NCBI GenBank assembly: GCA_958296105.1
Contig: OY282441.1
Span: 405,800 to 469,799 of the forward strand
Direction of reading: 5' to 3'
Source of the DNA: an uncultured Dehalococcoidia bacterium
GTDB taxonomy: Bacteria > Chloroflexota > Dehalococcoidia > Lucifugimonadales > UBA1123
Length of the DNA: 64,000 bases
Position numbers and translations under genes: made by a program. Of this stretch, positions 8,782 to 19,218 are shown in pieces (position 1 is the first letter of the stretch; each line of letters opens with the position of its first letter). The notes under the pieces were generated by a model. The model was given only the letters and a program-made list of their open reading frames with translations. It was not told where the DNA came from and made no database searches.

Positions 8782-9528
8782 TTGCCCAACATTCCGTCGC
8801 ACATACAGCTTGCGGTCACAGCGGCGTCCCAGCTGCGCCACCGAGACATCGAATCCAATCTCGGATACTTCTATCTGGGTTCCACGTCGCCAGACATACG
8901 CGCCCTTACGCGAAGATCGCGCGCCGAGTATCACTTCGTGGAGCTGGACTTCCAGACGATTGGCTCAGGCGTCGAGACGATGTTCGCCGCGTACCCCGAT
9001 CTTATGAACGCGGCGGAACACGACGGCCCCACACGCGCATTCGTCGCCGGATACATAACTCATCTGCTCGCGGACGAGTCCTACATCGTCAGGATGTTCA
9101 GGCCTTACTTCGGAGAGGCGGGCGTGTTCGAGGACAAGACGCTCGCCAAGGTGTGGGACCGCGCGCTCCAGCTAGATTTCGACCGACAGGTTTGGGACGA
9201 CGTGCGCCGCCGCGTGGCAGACGCATCTATGGACCCCGCCAACGTCAGCGTTCGCTTCCTGCCGCAGGACGATCTGCACAGGTGGAAGGAATGGGTGTAC
9301 AGGGTGGTGGACGGCGGCTTCTCATGGGAGCGGCTGCGCTTCATGGCGCGCAGAATCGCCGCAGGGGACGAGCGCCATCCTGCCCACCGCCACGCCGAGG
9401 AGTTCATAGAGTCGGTTTCCGAGTCGCTCGGCTCACTGTACGATCTGGTGCCTCGCGCGCGCGTCGAGGAGTTCGGGGCCGAAGCCGTCGAGACCATAGC
9501 CGCCTCGCTCAGGAGATATCTGTCGTGA
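8782..9528 (+). CDS. hypothetical metal-hydrolase-like protein (zinc-dependent phospholipase C-like fold suspected)
   Basis: MPNIPSHIQLA...FYLGSTSPDI...GYITHLLADESYI resembles PF00882-like bacterial proteins. This is from memory only. Confidence 0.45.
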   Translation: MPNIPSHIQLAVTAASQLRHRDIESNLGYFYLGSTSPDIRALTRRSRAEYHFVELDFQTIGSGVETMFAAYPDLMNAAEHDGPTRAFVAGYITHLLADESYIVRMFRPYFGEAGVFEDKTLAKVWDRALQLDFDRQVWDDVRRRVADASMDPANVSVRFLPQDDLHRWKEWVYRVVDGGFSWERLRFMARRIAAGDERHPAHRHAEEFIESVSESLGSLYDLVPRARVEEFGAEAVETIAASLRRYLS

Positions 9529-10847
9529 GGATCGTACACGGCGCGCCCGATGCCATGCGCGTCCTGTCGGAGGGCAGGCGGCTCGACCTCGCGTCCGCGC
9601 CGCCCGTCGTCCTCGAAACTTCCGAGCGCGTCTTTGGGAAACGTCTGACACCCCTGGAGACTGTGGCGAGGGTCATAGACGCCGTGCGCCGAGACGGAGA
9701 CGAAGCGGTCCGCCACTTCGCCCTGTCGTTCGAGGGCCGCAGCCAGTCCGCGCTCGAAGTGCCTTCCGATGAGATGGATTCCGCCGCGCGCAATCTGGAT
9801 CCCGCAGTCGCCGAGGCGCTGGCGCTGTCCGCAGACAGGATACGCAGATACCACGAATCTTTCATGCCGCGCGGCTGGATGGACTTCTCCGCCGGCTACG
9901 GCGCGCTGTGGACTCCGTGCGAGCGGGTAGGGGTGTACGTCCCAGGCGGAAGCGCCCCGCTGCCTTCCACCGTGCTGATGACCGTCATCCCTGCCAGGGT
10001 GGCGGGCGTCTCGGAAGTCATACTCTGCTCGCCCGCCAGAGATGGAGGGCTGCCCGATCCCGTCGTGCTGGCGGCAGCCAGTATCGCGGGCGTAGACCGC
10101 GTGTTCGCCATCGGCGGCGCGCAGGCTATCGCAGCCATGGCATACGCCACCGAGACCGTCCCCCCCGTGGATATGGTGTGCGGCCCCGGAAATCTGTTCG
10201 TCACACTAGCCAAGAAGCTGGTATACGGAGACGTTGGCATAGACGGGCTATACGGCCCTACCGAGACGCTGATCATCGCCGACGGATCGGCGAACCCAAC
10301 GCTGTGCGCCGCCGACATGCTCGCGCAGGCGGAACACGACGCAATGGCTATGCCCGTCCTCGTCTGCACCTCCTCGCCGCTGGCTCAGCAGGTGGCGGCG
10401 GAGATCGAAGCCAGGCTCGAAAGGCTCAGCCGCGCTTCGGTGGCGCGCGCCGCGCTGGAAGGGCAGGGCTGCATCGCCGTCGTCAGCGACTTGGACGAGG
10501 CGATCCAGCTTGCAAACCGGTTCGCGCCTGAGCATATGTGCTTGGCTGTGGAAGACCCTTGGAGATGGGTGGGCAAGGTCAGGAACGCGGGCGTCCTGTT
10601 CCTCGGAGAGTTCTCACACGAGGTTCTCGGCGACTACGTGGCTGGCCCAAGCCACGTCATGCCCACGTCCGGCACGGCGCGGTTCAACTCCGGCGTCAGC
10701 GTCCACACCTTCCTGAAGGCGATTCCAGTGGTAGCCATAGACGAAGAGCAGTCGCTCGCCTTGTCCGAGAGCGCGGCGATCATAGCCAGGGCCGAGGGTC
10801 TGACCGCACACGCCGAAGCCGCCGAGATCAGGCGTGAACTGGCGTGA
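9525..10847 (+). CDS. hisD: histidinol dehydrogenase
   Basis: VGVYVPGGSAPLPSTVLM, GPGNLFV and QAEHD motifs. The GTG at 9525 overlaps the preceding stop. The longer ORF-track N-terminus (from 9153) is an Arg-rich artefact. Confidence 0.95.
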   Translation: MRIVHGAPDAMRVLSEGRRLDLASAPPVVLETSERVFGKRLTPLETVARVIDAVRRDGDEAVRHFALSFEGRSQSALEVPSDEMDSAARNLDPAVAEALALSADRIRRYHESFMPRGWMDFSAGYGALWTPCERVGVYVPGGSAPLPSTVLMTVIPARVAGVSEVILCSPARDGGLPDPVVLAAASIAGVDRVFAIGGAQAIAAMAYATETVPPVDMVCGPGNLFVTLAKKLVYGDVGIDGLYGPTETLIIADGSANPTLCAADMLAQAEHDAMAMPVLVCTSSPLAQQVAAEIEARLERLSRASVARAALEGQGCIAVVSDLDEAIQLANRFAPEHMCLAVEDPWRWVGKVRNAGVLFLGEFSHEVLGDYVAGPSHVMPTSGTARFNSGVSVHTFLKAIPVVAIDEEQSLALSESAAIIARAEGLTAHAEAAEIRRELA

Positions 10848-10905
10848 TTAGCATGTATTTTGTGTTACAGCTTGCTGCTAAAAGCAACCTAAGGAGCCTA
10901 ATGGA

Positions 10906-12261
10906 ATGAACAACCGCGAAATCGTCAGGCGCGCCAGAGACGCCGGAGTCCAGCTCGTATCGTTCTTCTACTGCGACAACGGGGGAACCATTCGCGGCAA
11001 GGCGACTCACGTCTCTGGCCTCGAAGGAAGACTGAACTCAGGAATCGGCTTGACCCTGGCGATGCAGGCTTACACCAGCATGGACGATCTTCAGGTGATC
11101 CAAGGAATGGGGCCTGTCGGCGAAGTCAGGCTGATACCCGACCCCGACACGTTCACCATCCTGCCCTACGCTCCCAAACGCGCTATGATGCTGGCGGATC
11201 TGGTAACGACCTCGCGCCGCCCCTGGGAAGCCTGCCCCAGAGATTTCCTGAAGCGCGCGCTGGCAAGAGCCGAGTCGCTGGGTCTGACCATTCAGGCTGC
11301 CATGGAACCGGAGTGGTACCTGGCAACGAAGGAAGAGGATGGATTCGTCCCTTTGGACGAGAGTCTGGACAACGCCAGCATCGGATACACCTTCGCGCAG
11401 GACGTTATAGACGACGTCATAGAAGCGCTCGAAACGCAAGGCTTGCGCGTGCAGCAGTACTACGCTGAGCTGGGACACGGCCAGCAAGAGCTGAGCATCG
11501 AACATACAGATGCGCTTCGCGCCGCCGACAACCACATCATATATCGAGAGACCGTGCGCAACGTGGCATATCAGCACGGTCTGTTCGCTTCGTTCGCTCC
11601 CAAGCCGTTCCCCGATCAGGCGGGCAGCGGCTGCCACATACACCTGAGCGCCTGGGACGGAGACGGAGCCAACAACCTGTTCTACGACTCGACGGACTAT
11701 CAGAACATCAGCGCGCTGGCGTACCAGTTCATAGCGGGCGTAATGGAACACCTGCCCGGCCTGATTGCTCTGACGTGTCCGAGCATGAACAGCTACAGGC
11801 GGATTTCGCCCGGCTCGTGGGCGCCCGCATTCACCTGCTGGGGTCCCGACAACCGCGAAGCCGCGCTGCGCATACCGTCTCTGTTCTGGGACGCGGAGAT
11901 GGCTTCGACCAACCTCGAATACAGGACGGTGGATTCCAGCTCCAACCCGTACATCGCTCTGGGCAGCGTCATAGCCGCCGGCTTGGACGGGATAGAGCGC
12001 GGTCTGCGCCCAAGTGAAGGGCAGCGTCTGGACGTGGACCCCACCAGCCTGACGACGGAGGAGCTGGAAAGACGAGGCATCCGCCGCCTTCCGTCCTCGC
12101 TGAAGGAAGCCATCTCCGAGCTGGAGGCGGACACCACTCTAACGGACGCTATGGGGGAGCAGCTGGCGAACTCGTACCTGACCGTCAGGCGCGCCGAGTG
12201 GGATATGTTCTCCCAGCGAGACGCCGAATTCGAAATAAGACACCACTTCTACAAATACTGA
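10906..12261 (+). CDS. glutamine synthetase family protein (GlnA-like / gamma-glutamyl-amine ligase type)
   Basis: GS beta-grasp and catalytic domain pattern (FFYCDNGGTIRGK, GSGCHIHLS, NSYRR, RIPS). Confidence 0.8.
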   Translation: MNNREIVRRARDAGVQLVSFFYCDNGGTIRGKATHVSGLEGRLNSGIGLTLAMQAYTSMDDLQVIQGMGPVGEVRLIPDPDTFTILPYAPKRAMMLADLVTTSRRPWEACPRDFLKRALARAESLGLTIQAAMEPEWYLATKEEDGFVPLDESLDNASIGYTFAQDVIDDVIEALETQGLRVQQYYAELGHGQQELSIEHTDALRAADNHIIYRETVRNVAYQHGLFASFAPKPFPDQAGSGCHIHLSAWDGDGANNLFYDSTDYQNISALAYQFIAGVMEHLPGLIALTCPSMNSYRRISPGSWAPAFTCWGPDNREAALRIPSLFWDAEMASTNLEYRTVDSSSNPYIALGSVIAAGLDGIERGLRPSEGQRLDVDPTSLTTEELERRGIRRLPSSLKEAISELEADTTLTDAMGEQLANSYLTVRRAEWDMFSQRDAEFEIRHHFYKY

Positions 12262-12334
12262 GCCGGGCAAGACACCCCCAGCTCATAGGGAAGACGGGAC
12301 ACGGGTTCCCACACGCCCGCACAGGAGGCGACCA

Positions 12335-13429
12335 ATGCCGCAGAAGCGAGCAACCGATCTGATCAGGCCGCATCTGGCCTCGGTCCAGACATACCAGCCG
12401 GTAGATCCCCCAGAAGTGCTGGCAGCGCGCGCGGGAATTCCGAGGGAGTCCATCGTAAAGCTGAACGGGAACGAGAACCCATACGGCCCATCTCCAAAGG
12501 CTATGGAAGCCGTGTCCGAGGCGGAGCTGCACATATACCCGGACCCGTTCCAGCGCAGGCTCAGGGCGGCTCTCTCGGACTACACAGGGTTGGCCCCAGA
12601 CAACATCATCGCGGGCGCCGGAAGCGACGAGCTGATAGACCTGCTCTTTCGGCTGTTCATCGAGCCCGGCGACTCCATACTGGACTGCGACCCCACCTTC
12701 GCCATGTACGCCTTCTGCGCCAGAGTCGCCGGAGGCGAGCTGAGGCTGATCCAGCGCGGCGAGCTTTTCCAGATAGACCTGGACGCCGTTCGCTCCGCCA
12801 TCGACGAGAACACCAAGATCATATTCATCAGCTCTCCGAACAACCCCACTGGCAATCTGGCTGCGGAAGACGAGGTTCGCGCGCTGCTGGACACCGGCCT
12901 GATAGTCGTCATAGACGAGGCGTACTTCGAGTTCAGCGGCGAGACGGTCGCTCCGCTCGTCCACGAGTACGACAATCTGGTCGTCCTTCGCACCATGAGC
13001 AAGTGGGCGGGGCTGGCAGGCCTTAGAATCGGGTACGGAATAATGGACAGCGGCTTGGTCGACCACATCGTAGACATCAAGTCGCCCTACAACGTCAACA
13101 TCGCCGCCGAAGCCGCCGCGCTCGCGTCTCTGGACGACAGGGATTACCTGCTCGGAAACGTCCAGCGCATAGTCGAAGGCAGAGAGCGGATGCACGACGC
13201 GCTAACGGCCATGGACGGCGTGAAGCCCTGGCCTTCACATGGCAACTATATTCTGTGCCAGATGGACTGCCCCGAACGCGCTCAGGATATGTTCGACCAG
13301 CTCGCCAGTCGGGGCATCTTCGTGCGCAAGTTCGGCTCCGACCGCCTCCGAGACTGCTTCAGGGTTGCGATAGGCACTCCGTCCGAGAACGCCGCCTTCC
13401 TGAACGCCGTTGGGGAGATTGCCCGATGA
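12335..13429 (+). CDS. hisC: histidinol-phosphate aminotransferase
   Basis: KLNGNENPYGPSP, SPNNPTGN and the RTMSKWAGLAGLRIGY PLP-lysine motif. Confidence 0.9.
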   Translation: MPQKRATDLIRPHLASVQTYQPVDPPEVLAARAGIPRESIVKLNGNENPYGPSPKAMEAVSEAELHIYPDPFQRRLRAALSDYTGLAPDNIIAGAGSDELIDLLFRLFIEPGDSILDCDPTFAMYAFCARVAGGELRLIQRGELFQIDLDAVRSAIDENTKIIFISSPNNPTGNLAAEDEVRALLDTGLIVVIDEAYFEFSGETVAPLVHEYDNLVVLRTMSKWAGLAGLRIGYGIMDSGLVDHIVDIKSPYNVNIAAEAAALASLDDRDYLLGNVQRIVEGRERMHDALTAMDGVKPWPSHGNYILCQMDCPERAQDMFDQLASRGIFVRKFGSDRLRDCFRVAIGTPSENAAFLNAVGEIAR

Positions 13430-14031
13430 CGCCAGCGCCCAGGAGCGCGCGCCTAGAGCGCGACACCGCCGAAACCCGCATCTCCGTATCACTGAACATA
13501 GACGGGATGGGCGAGTATCGGCTGAGCGCAGCCAACGGCATGTTCGAGCATCTGCTCGCCCAGCTGTCGCGTCACGGGCTGATGGACCTGAACGTTTCTG
13601 CCAGCGGCGACACCGAAGTCGGCCTGCACCATCTGGTAGAGGACGTCGGCATCGTTCTCGGCCGCGCGCTGGCGGAGGCGGTCGGAGACGGCGCTGGAAT
13701 AAGGCGCGCCGCGCACACCTTCATGCCTCTGGACGAGACCCTCGCGCTGACGGCAGTGGACTTCGGCGGAAGGGGATACTCGGTCATAGACGCGGACATC
13801 GGAGACAGCGATCTGGGCGGGCTGTCAGGAGACCTGATACGCCACTTCTTGGAATCGTTCGCCAGAGAGGGGCGATTCAACCTGCACGTTCGCCTAGTCA
13901 CTGGCTCGAACAACCACCACAAGGCCGAGGCGATCTTCAAGAGCCTTGCCAGATCCCTGCGAGACGCACTGGAACCGGACCCCCGAAGGGCTGGCGCCGT
14001 CCCAAGCACCAAGGGGACGATTTCAGGGTAG
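13426..14031 (+). CDS. hisB: imidazoleglycerol-phosphate dehydratase
   Basis: RDTAETRISVSLNIDG and HHKAEAIFKSLARSL. The ATG overlaps the hisC stop (ATGA). Confidence 0.95.
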   Translation: MTPAPRSARLERDTAETRISVSLNIDGMGEYRLSAANGMFEHLLAQLSRHGLMDLNVSASGDTEVGLHHLVEDVGIVLGRALAEAVGDGAGIRRAAHTFMPLDETLALTAVDFGGRGYSVIDADIGDSDLGGLSGDLIRHFLESFAREGRFNLHVRLVTGSNNHHKAEAIFKSLARSLRDALEPDPRRAGAVPSTKGTISG

Positions 14032-14310
14032 GGGAGGTGTTCCGAGAGAACGATGGACGGGCTGCGCCGCCTCGATCTCGAAGGTGTAGTCCTCGATGAT
14101 CGGGTTTGCCAGCAGCTGGTCGCACATGGATGACACGCTGCGCTTGGCGGATTCGACGTCATCGCCGTCCAGCCTGATCTCCATGTACTTGCCGGCGCGA
14201 ACGTCCGCCACGGAGTCGAACCCCAGCTGGCGCAGTCCGCCGCGAATCGTCAGCCCCTGCGGATCGTTGACGCTCGGCTTCAGCTTGATATAGACCTTCG
14301 CCAGAAGCAT
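14023..14310 (-). CDS. purS: phosphoribosylformylglycinamidine synthase subunit PurS
   Basis: KVYIKLKPSVNDPQGLTIRGGLRQLGF is the PurS signature. Its 3' end overlaps hisB convergently by 9 nt. Confidence 0.9.
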   Translation of the reverse strand: MLLAKVYIKLKPSVNDPQGLTIRGGLRQLGFDSVADVRAGKYMEIRLDGDDVESAKRSVSSMCDQLLANPIIEDYTFEIEAAQPVHRSLGTPPLP

Positions 14311-14314
14311 CGGT

Positions 14315-15001
14315 TCACCTGGGCACCCTGTATTCGGGAGCGTTGGGCGAGCTTTCGTGGGCTGACATGAAATCCCTGATCCTCTGCTCGTCGAACTCCT
14401 CGAACTTGTCGATGAACGTCCACGCCGTAAGCGCGATTCGGGCGTCCATGTCAGGGTATGGACTCATCAGCAGCTTGGCGCCGCGCTCCGTTCCCTCGTT
14501 CACCAGCTCGGTCAGAGACGCCACCAGATCATCGCAGCCGTCCGGGCAGTCGTAGTGTACGTTGACGTACCCATGTTCGAGATTGTGCAGCAGCACCTCG
14601 TCTTCCAGCGCATCCTCGTAGATTCCCCAGCGAGCGGGGGCGAGCGGAATGTCGTAGTGCCACCCTGAAGTGGCGGGCTTGGAGTTGTAGGCTTCGTGAC
14701 TTTCGCCGGGCTGGACGTGAGTCTGTCCCTGGTCCGCAATGCGAAGGCCGGGGCCGTCCGGTCCGCCGCCTCTGAACAGGCTGTCCAGCGGCAGGCCGGG
14801 CAGGAACAGGGACGCTATCAGCAGGGAGGCGATGAGGATGACCAGCGCGCCCCCACCGTACCTGTATATTCGCCTTCGCCTGTCGCGTCTGGCGCGCCGC
14901 GCCGCCCGCGCCTGAGTCGCGCTCATTCTCGATCTGGATCGTCTCGATGCTGATGCCATTTCGCTCGTACCGTTTCCACTGGTTCTTATGGAGATGTGCA
15001 A
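14315..15001 (-). CDS. DUF3105 domain membrane-anchored protein
   Basis: Arg-rich N-terminus, one TM segment (ALVILIASLLIASLFL), then GWHYD...LLHNLEHGYVNVHY, typical of DUF3105. Confidence 0.7.
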   Translation of the reverse strand: MHISIRTSGNGTSEMASASRRSRSRMSATQARAARRARRDRRRRIYRYGGGALVILIASLLIASLFLPGLPLDSLFRGGGPDGPGLRIADQGQTHVQPGESHEAYNSKPATSGWHYDIPLAPARWGIYEDALEDEVLLHNLEHGYVNVHYDCPDGCDDLVASLTELVNEGTERGAKLLMSPYPDMDARIALTAWTFIDKFEEFDEQRIRDFMSAHESSPNAPEYRVPR

Positions 15002-15085
15002 GATGGAGTCGGACGGCTAATGACCATCCGCGCCGCGCCGCACTGGATATCCCGTCGTCTACGCTGCCGTCATCTGCGCTGGCTA

Positions 15086-15964
15086 TTAGTCTAGCCGTCG
15101 CCCCGTCAGCTTGGAAAATGCCTCGAAGTATCGCTCCGCAGTCTTTTCCACCACGTCCGCCGGAAGCTCGGGCGCGGGCGGCTCGTGGTCCCACCCGAAG
15201 GCGTCGAGCCAGTCGCGCACGAGCTGCTTATCGTAATTCGGCTGGGACTTGCCCGGCTCGTAGCCGTCCGCGTCCCAAAAGCGGCTCGAATCTGGGGTCA
15301 GCAGCTCGTCTATCAGGATCAGCTCGTCGTCCACGACGCCGAACTCCATCTTGGTGTCGGCGATGATTATGCCTCTATCGCGCGCGAAGTCTCTGGCGAA
15401 CTCGTACACCGCTATGGTGGTGTCTCTCAGCTTCTCCGCCGTCTCCAGCCCGACCATCTCCACCACTTCGTCCCAGCTCATATTCTCGTCGTGGCCCACC
15501 TCCGCCTTCGTGGTGGGTGTGAACAGCGGCTGCGGAAACGGATCGCCCTCTCTCATGCCGCTGGGCATGGGGCGATCCTGCACCGTTCCGGCTCTGCGAT
15601 ACTCCGCCCACGCCGAGCCTGTGATGAAGCCTCGAACCACGCATTCGACGTCTATGCGCTCTGCCTTCTTTACGACCATCGCGCGTCTGGCGATCTCTTC
15701 CGGAATGTCCAGATCCGCTCGCTCGGACGCCATCTCTATAAGGTGGTTGGGAACGATGTCCGAAGTGCGCTCGAACCAGAACCGCGATATCTGGTTCAGC
15801 ACCGCGCCCTTCTCCGGAATTCCCGTAGGCAAGACCACGTCGAACGCAGAGATGCGGTCCGTAGCCACCATCAGCAGCGAATCTTCGTCCACGGCGTATG
15901 TGTCCCTCACCTTGCCGCGATAGAGCAGGCCGGGCAGGTTGGTCTCTCGAATCGTAGTCGTCAT
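15086..15964 (-). CDS. purC: SAICAR synthetase
   Basis: LLYRGKVRDTY, ATDRISAFD and IIADTKMEFG. Confidence 0.95.
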   Translation of the reverse strand: MTTTIRETNLPGLLYRGKVRDTYAVDEDSLLMVATDRISAFDVVLPTGIPEKGAVLNQISRFWFERTSDIVPNHLIEMASERADLDIPEEIARRAMVVKKAERIDVECVVRGFITGSAWAEYRRAGTVQDRPMPSGMREGDPFPQPLFTPTTKAEVGHDENMSWDEVVEMVGLETAEKLRDTTIAVYEFARDFARDRGIIIADTKMEFGVVDDELILIDELLTPDSSRFWDADGYEPGKSQPNYDKQLVRDWLDAFGWDHEPPAPELPADVVEKTAERYFEAFSKLTGRRLD

Positions 15965-16000
15965 AGTGTCATGTCCATCCTGCGGTTGAATGTTGGGGTG

Positions 16001-17293
16001 TCAGCTCAGGCCCGCGCGCTCGAATATATCGTCCACGAACCTGACGTAGTAGCCGTAGTCGAACAGGTCGTCCAGCTCGACGTTCTTCATGTGGCTCAGC
16101 ACGGTGGAGTCGCTCCTGACGAGCTCGCGGAAGTCGGAGTCTTCGTCCCATGTTCGCGCCGCGTTCACCTGCATTACCTTGTAGGCGTCCTCTCGGCTCA
16201 TCCCTCTTTCTATGAGCGCAAGCATCAGGCGCTGAGAGAACAGCAGTCCGCGCGTAAGCTCCATGTTCTGTTTCATGCGATTTGGATATACCCTCATGCC
16301 CGCTAGAACTCCGGTGAAGAGATCCAGGCTGTAGTCCAGCGCCATGCAGGCATCGGGCAGAATCAGCCTCTCGGCCGAGGAGTGGCTTATGTCGCGCTCG
16401 CCCCACAGCGCCATGTTGTCCAGCGCGGTGATCGAGTGTCCCCTGATGAGTCGGGCGAGTCCGCAGACACGCTCGCTCAGCTCGGGGTTGCGCTTGTGCG
16501 GCATCGAGGACGAGCCTGTCTGCCCCTCCGAGAACGGCTCCTCGACCTCTCTGATCTCGGTGCGCTGGAGTCCGCGTATCTCTGTGGCGAACTTCTCAAG
16601 AGACGACGCGATGACGGCGAGCGTGGATACGAAGCTGGCGTGTCGGTCTCGCTGGACGACTTGGTTGGACACCGGGGCGGCGGCGATTCCAAGCCGCTCG
16701 CACACCCGCGCCTCCACACTGGGCGGGACAGTAGCGTGCGTTCCCACGGGTCCGGATATCTTGCCCACTGCGATCTCGTCTCTGGCGTGGCTCAGCCGTC
16801 TCCTGTTGCGGCGCATCTCGTCCCACCACAGCGCCAGCTTCAGCCCGAACGTGATCGGCTCGGCATGGACTCCGTGCGTGCGCCCCATCATCAGCGTGTC
16901 TTTGTGTTCGCGCGCGCGGCTGCCGAGAACGTCTATGCAGCGCGCGATCTCGTCGTCCAGAGCGTCCGCCGCCTCCGCCAGCTGCAAGCTGGTTGCCGTG
17001 TCCCAAACATCGCTGGTCGTCAGCCCCAGGTGAAGCCACCTGCCCTCTGGTCCGAGCTGCTCGGTGATCGAACCGAGGAAGGCGGTCATGTCGTGTTTGG
17101 TGACGCGCAGAATCTCGGCTAGGCGCTCGCCGTCGTAGCTCGTGCCGCGCAGCTTCGCCATGTCTTCCGGCGGGATCACGCCCGCCTCGGTCCACGCCTC
17201 GCACACCGCCAGCTCGATCAGAAGCCACTTGTCGTACTTGCTCTCGTCAGACCAGACCCGTTTCATTCTGGGTCGGGCGTATCTCTCGATCAT
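16001..17293 (-). CDS. purB: adenylosuccinate lyase
   Basis: Fumarate-lyase signature GSSSMPHKRNP with the typical PurB N- and C-termini. Confidence 0.95.
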   Translation of the reverse strand: MIERYARPRMKRVWSDESKYDKWLLIELAVCEAWTEAGVIPPEDMAKLRGTSYDGERLAEILRVTKHDMTAFLGSITEQLGPEGRWLHLGLTTSDVWDTATSLQLAEAADALDDEIARCIDVLGSRAREHKDTLMMGRTHGVHAEPITFGLKLALWWDEMRRNRRRLSHARDEIAVGKISGPVGTHATVPPSVEARVCERLGIAAAPVSNQVVQRDRHASFVSTLAVIASSLEKFATEIRGLQRTEIREVEEPFSEGQTGSSSMPHKRNPELSERVCGLARLIRGHSITALDNMALWGERDISHSSAERLILPDACMALDYSLDLFTGVLAGMRVYPNRMKQNMELTRGLLFSQRLMLALIERGMSREDAYKVMQVNAARTWDEDSDFRELVRSDSTVLSHMKNVELDDLFDYGYYVRFVDDIFERAGLS

Positions 17294-17425
17294 GTTTCAG
17301 TCCAGTCTCCCTTGAGAGGCGCAAAAGGCCCTTTCCCAAGCCTGTGACATCGCGCCGCGCTGCGAGGTGGGGGAGTGATCTCACACATCACTTCCGTATC
17401 CTCGACTCCTGCGAAAGTCGCGCCT

Positions 17426-17884
17426 TCAGCGGCTTCTGAGGCTTTCGCGGTAGTCGTCATACGATTTGCGAATGGCTTCGTGCTTTCCGCCCAGTATCTG
17501 CGCCGCTAGGAAGGCGGCGTTGCGCGCGCCCCAGCTGCCCACCGCTACACACGCCACAGGTATTCCGGGCGGCATCTGCGCGATGGCGTACAGCGCATCT
17601 ATTCCCTTGAGATCGCTGGACGGTATCGGCACGCCGATTATCGGCAGTGTGGTCCACGATGCCAAGACCCCCGGAAGACCCGCCGAGCCGCCGGCGCCGG
17701 CGATGATGACCTCGATTCCGCGATCCCTCGCGCTCATGCCGTACTCTCGCACCCTGTCGGGCGTGCGATGCGCCGACATCACCTCTACTTCGTGGTCGAT
17801 TCCGAGCTGATTCAAGACTTCGACAGTCGGCTCCATGGCCGGCCGGTCCGAGCTGCTTCCCATCAGTACGCCTGCGAGCGGCAT
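17426..17884 (-). CDS. purE: N5-carboxyaminoimidazole ribonucleotide mutase
   Basis: VLMGSSSD, SAHRTPD and AGGSAGLPGV. Confidence 0.95.
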   Translation of the reverse strand: MPLAGVLMGSSSDRPAMEPTVEVLNQLGIDHEVEVMSAHRTPDRVREYGMSARDRGIEVIIAGAGGSAGLPGVLASWTTLPIIGVPIPSSDLKGIDALYAIAQMPPGIPVACVAVGSWGARNAAFLAAQILGGKHEAIRKSYDDYRESLRSR

Positions 17885-17893
17885 TCGTTCACC

Positions 17894-19150
17894 TCAATCC
17901 AGATTGGCGATGTCTGTTCTATAGTAGGCGTTGGCGAAGCGCACTTCGGCCGCCAGCCTGTACGCATCCCGCCGCGCCTCTGATATTGTAACGCCGCGCG
18001 CCGACGCGGTCACCACGCGCCCGCCCGACGTGACGACCTTGCCCTCTTGCAGCCGCGTTCCTGCGTGGAAGACTATTCGCCCGTCCGACGGCGGCGGCGC
18101 GCCGCTCAGCTCGAAGCCTGTTTCGTACCCGCCCGGGTAGCCGTCCGACGCCATCACGACGCCGACCCAGCAGTCGGACGACCAGCGGATCGTCTGCTCG
18201 CTCAGCCTGCCTTCGGACGCGGCGAGCGCGATTTCCAGCAGGTCCGACTCCAGACGCGGGAGAACCACCTGCGCCTCCGGGTCACCGAGCCGGCAGTTGA
18301 ACTCGAACACCTTTGGGCCGTCCGAAGTCAGCATGATCCCCGCGTACAGAACCCCGCGGAACGGGCATCCCATCTCAGCCATCTGTCGCGCCACCGGCTC
18401 CAGTATACGCTGTCGGACGTTCGTTTCGATCTCCGCGTTCCAGAATGGCGGTGGGCTGTAGCTGCCCATGCCTCCGGTGTTGGGGCCTAGATCGCCGTCC
18501 AGCGCGCGCTTGTAGTCGCACGCCACGGCCATATTAGACACATAGCTACCATCCACAAACGCAAAAACGCTGATTTCCTGTCCAGTCATCCACTCTTCGA
18601 TGAGAACCGTGTCTCCAGCGTCGCCGAATGCGCGCTCCTCGAACATCGTCCTGAGCGCGCGCTCCGCCTCGTCTCTGCCCGGCGACATCACGACGCCTTT
18701 GCCCGCCGCCAGCCCGTCGGCCTTCACCACGTAGGGCGGGTCTGCGGTCTCCACGTATGCGAGCGCGTCGCGCAGGCTGTGGAACACCCGCGCCCGCGAC
18801 GTCCGAACGCCGGCCGCTTCCATCACCTGCTTGGCGAACGCCTTGCTCGCCTCGATCCGCGCGGCCGCTCTTGTGGGGCCGAACACGCGCAGCCCCTCGG
18901 CTTCGAAGCAGTCCACTATGCCAGCGGCAAGCGGAGTTTCTGGGCCTACGATGGTGAGATCAACGGACTGCTCGACAGCCAGCTTCAGCAGGCCGTCCAA
19001 GTCTTCCGCGCCCACGTCCATGTTCGTCCCAAGCGCGGCTGTCCCCGCGTTGCCGGGGGCCGTCAGGATTCTAGGCTCGAGTCGGCTTGCCGAGACTTTC
19101 CACGCGATGGCATGTTCCCGCGCGCCGCTGCCAACTATCAGGACTTTCAT
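17894..19150 (-). CDS. purD: phosphoribosylamine--glycine ligase
   Basis: MKVLIVGSGAREHA and the ATP-grasp pattern GPNTGGMGSYSP. Confidence 0.95.
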   Translation of the reverse strand: MKVLIVGSGAREHAIAWKVSASRLEPRILTAPGNAGTAALGTNMDVGAEDLDGLLKLAVEQSVDLTIVGPETPLAAGIVDCFEAEGLRVFGPTRAAARIEASKAFAKQVMEAAGVRTSRARVFHSLRDALAYVETADPPYVVKADGLAAGKGVVMSPGRDEAERALRTMFEERAFGDAGDTVLIEEWMTGQEISVFAFVDGSYVSNMAVACDYKRALDGDLGPNTGGMGSYSPPPFWNAEIETNVRQRILEPVARQMAEMGCPFRGVLYAGIMLTSDGPKVFEFNCRLGDPEAQVVLPRLESDLLEIALAASEGRLSEQTIRWSSDCWVGVVMASDGYPGGYETGFELSGAPPPSDGRIVFHAGTRLQEGKVVTSGGRVVTASARGVTISEARRDAYRLAAEVRFANAYYRTDIANLD

Positions 19151-19218
19151 GTCTCAGTCCAGACCCTCGATTCTCCAAGACTGCCCACGCTTCCACCGTG
19201 TGAAAGCGGTTGGCATGT

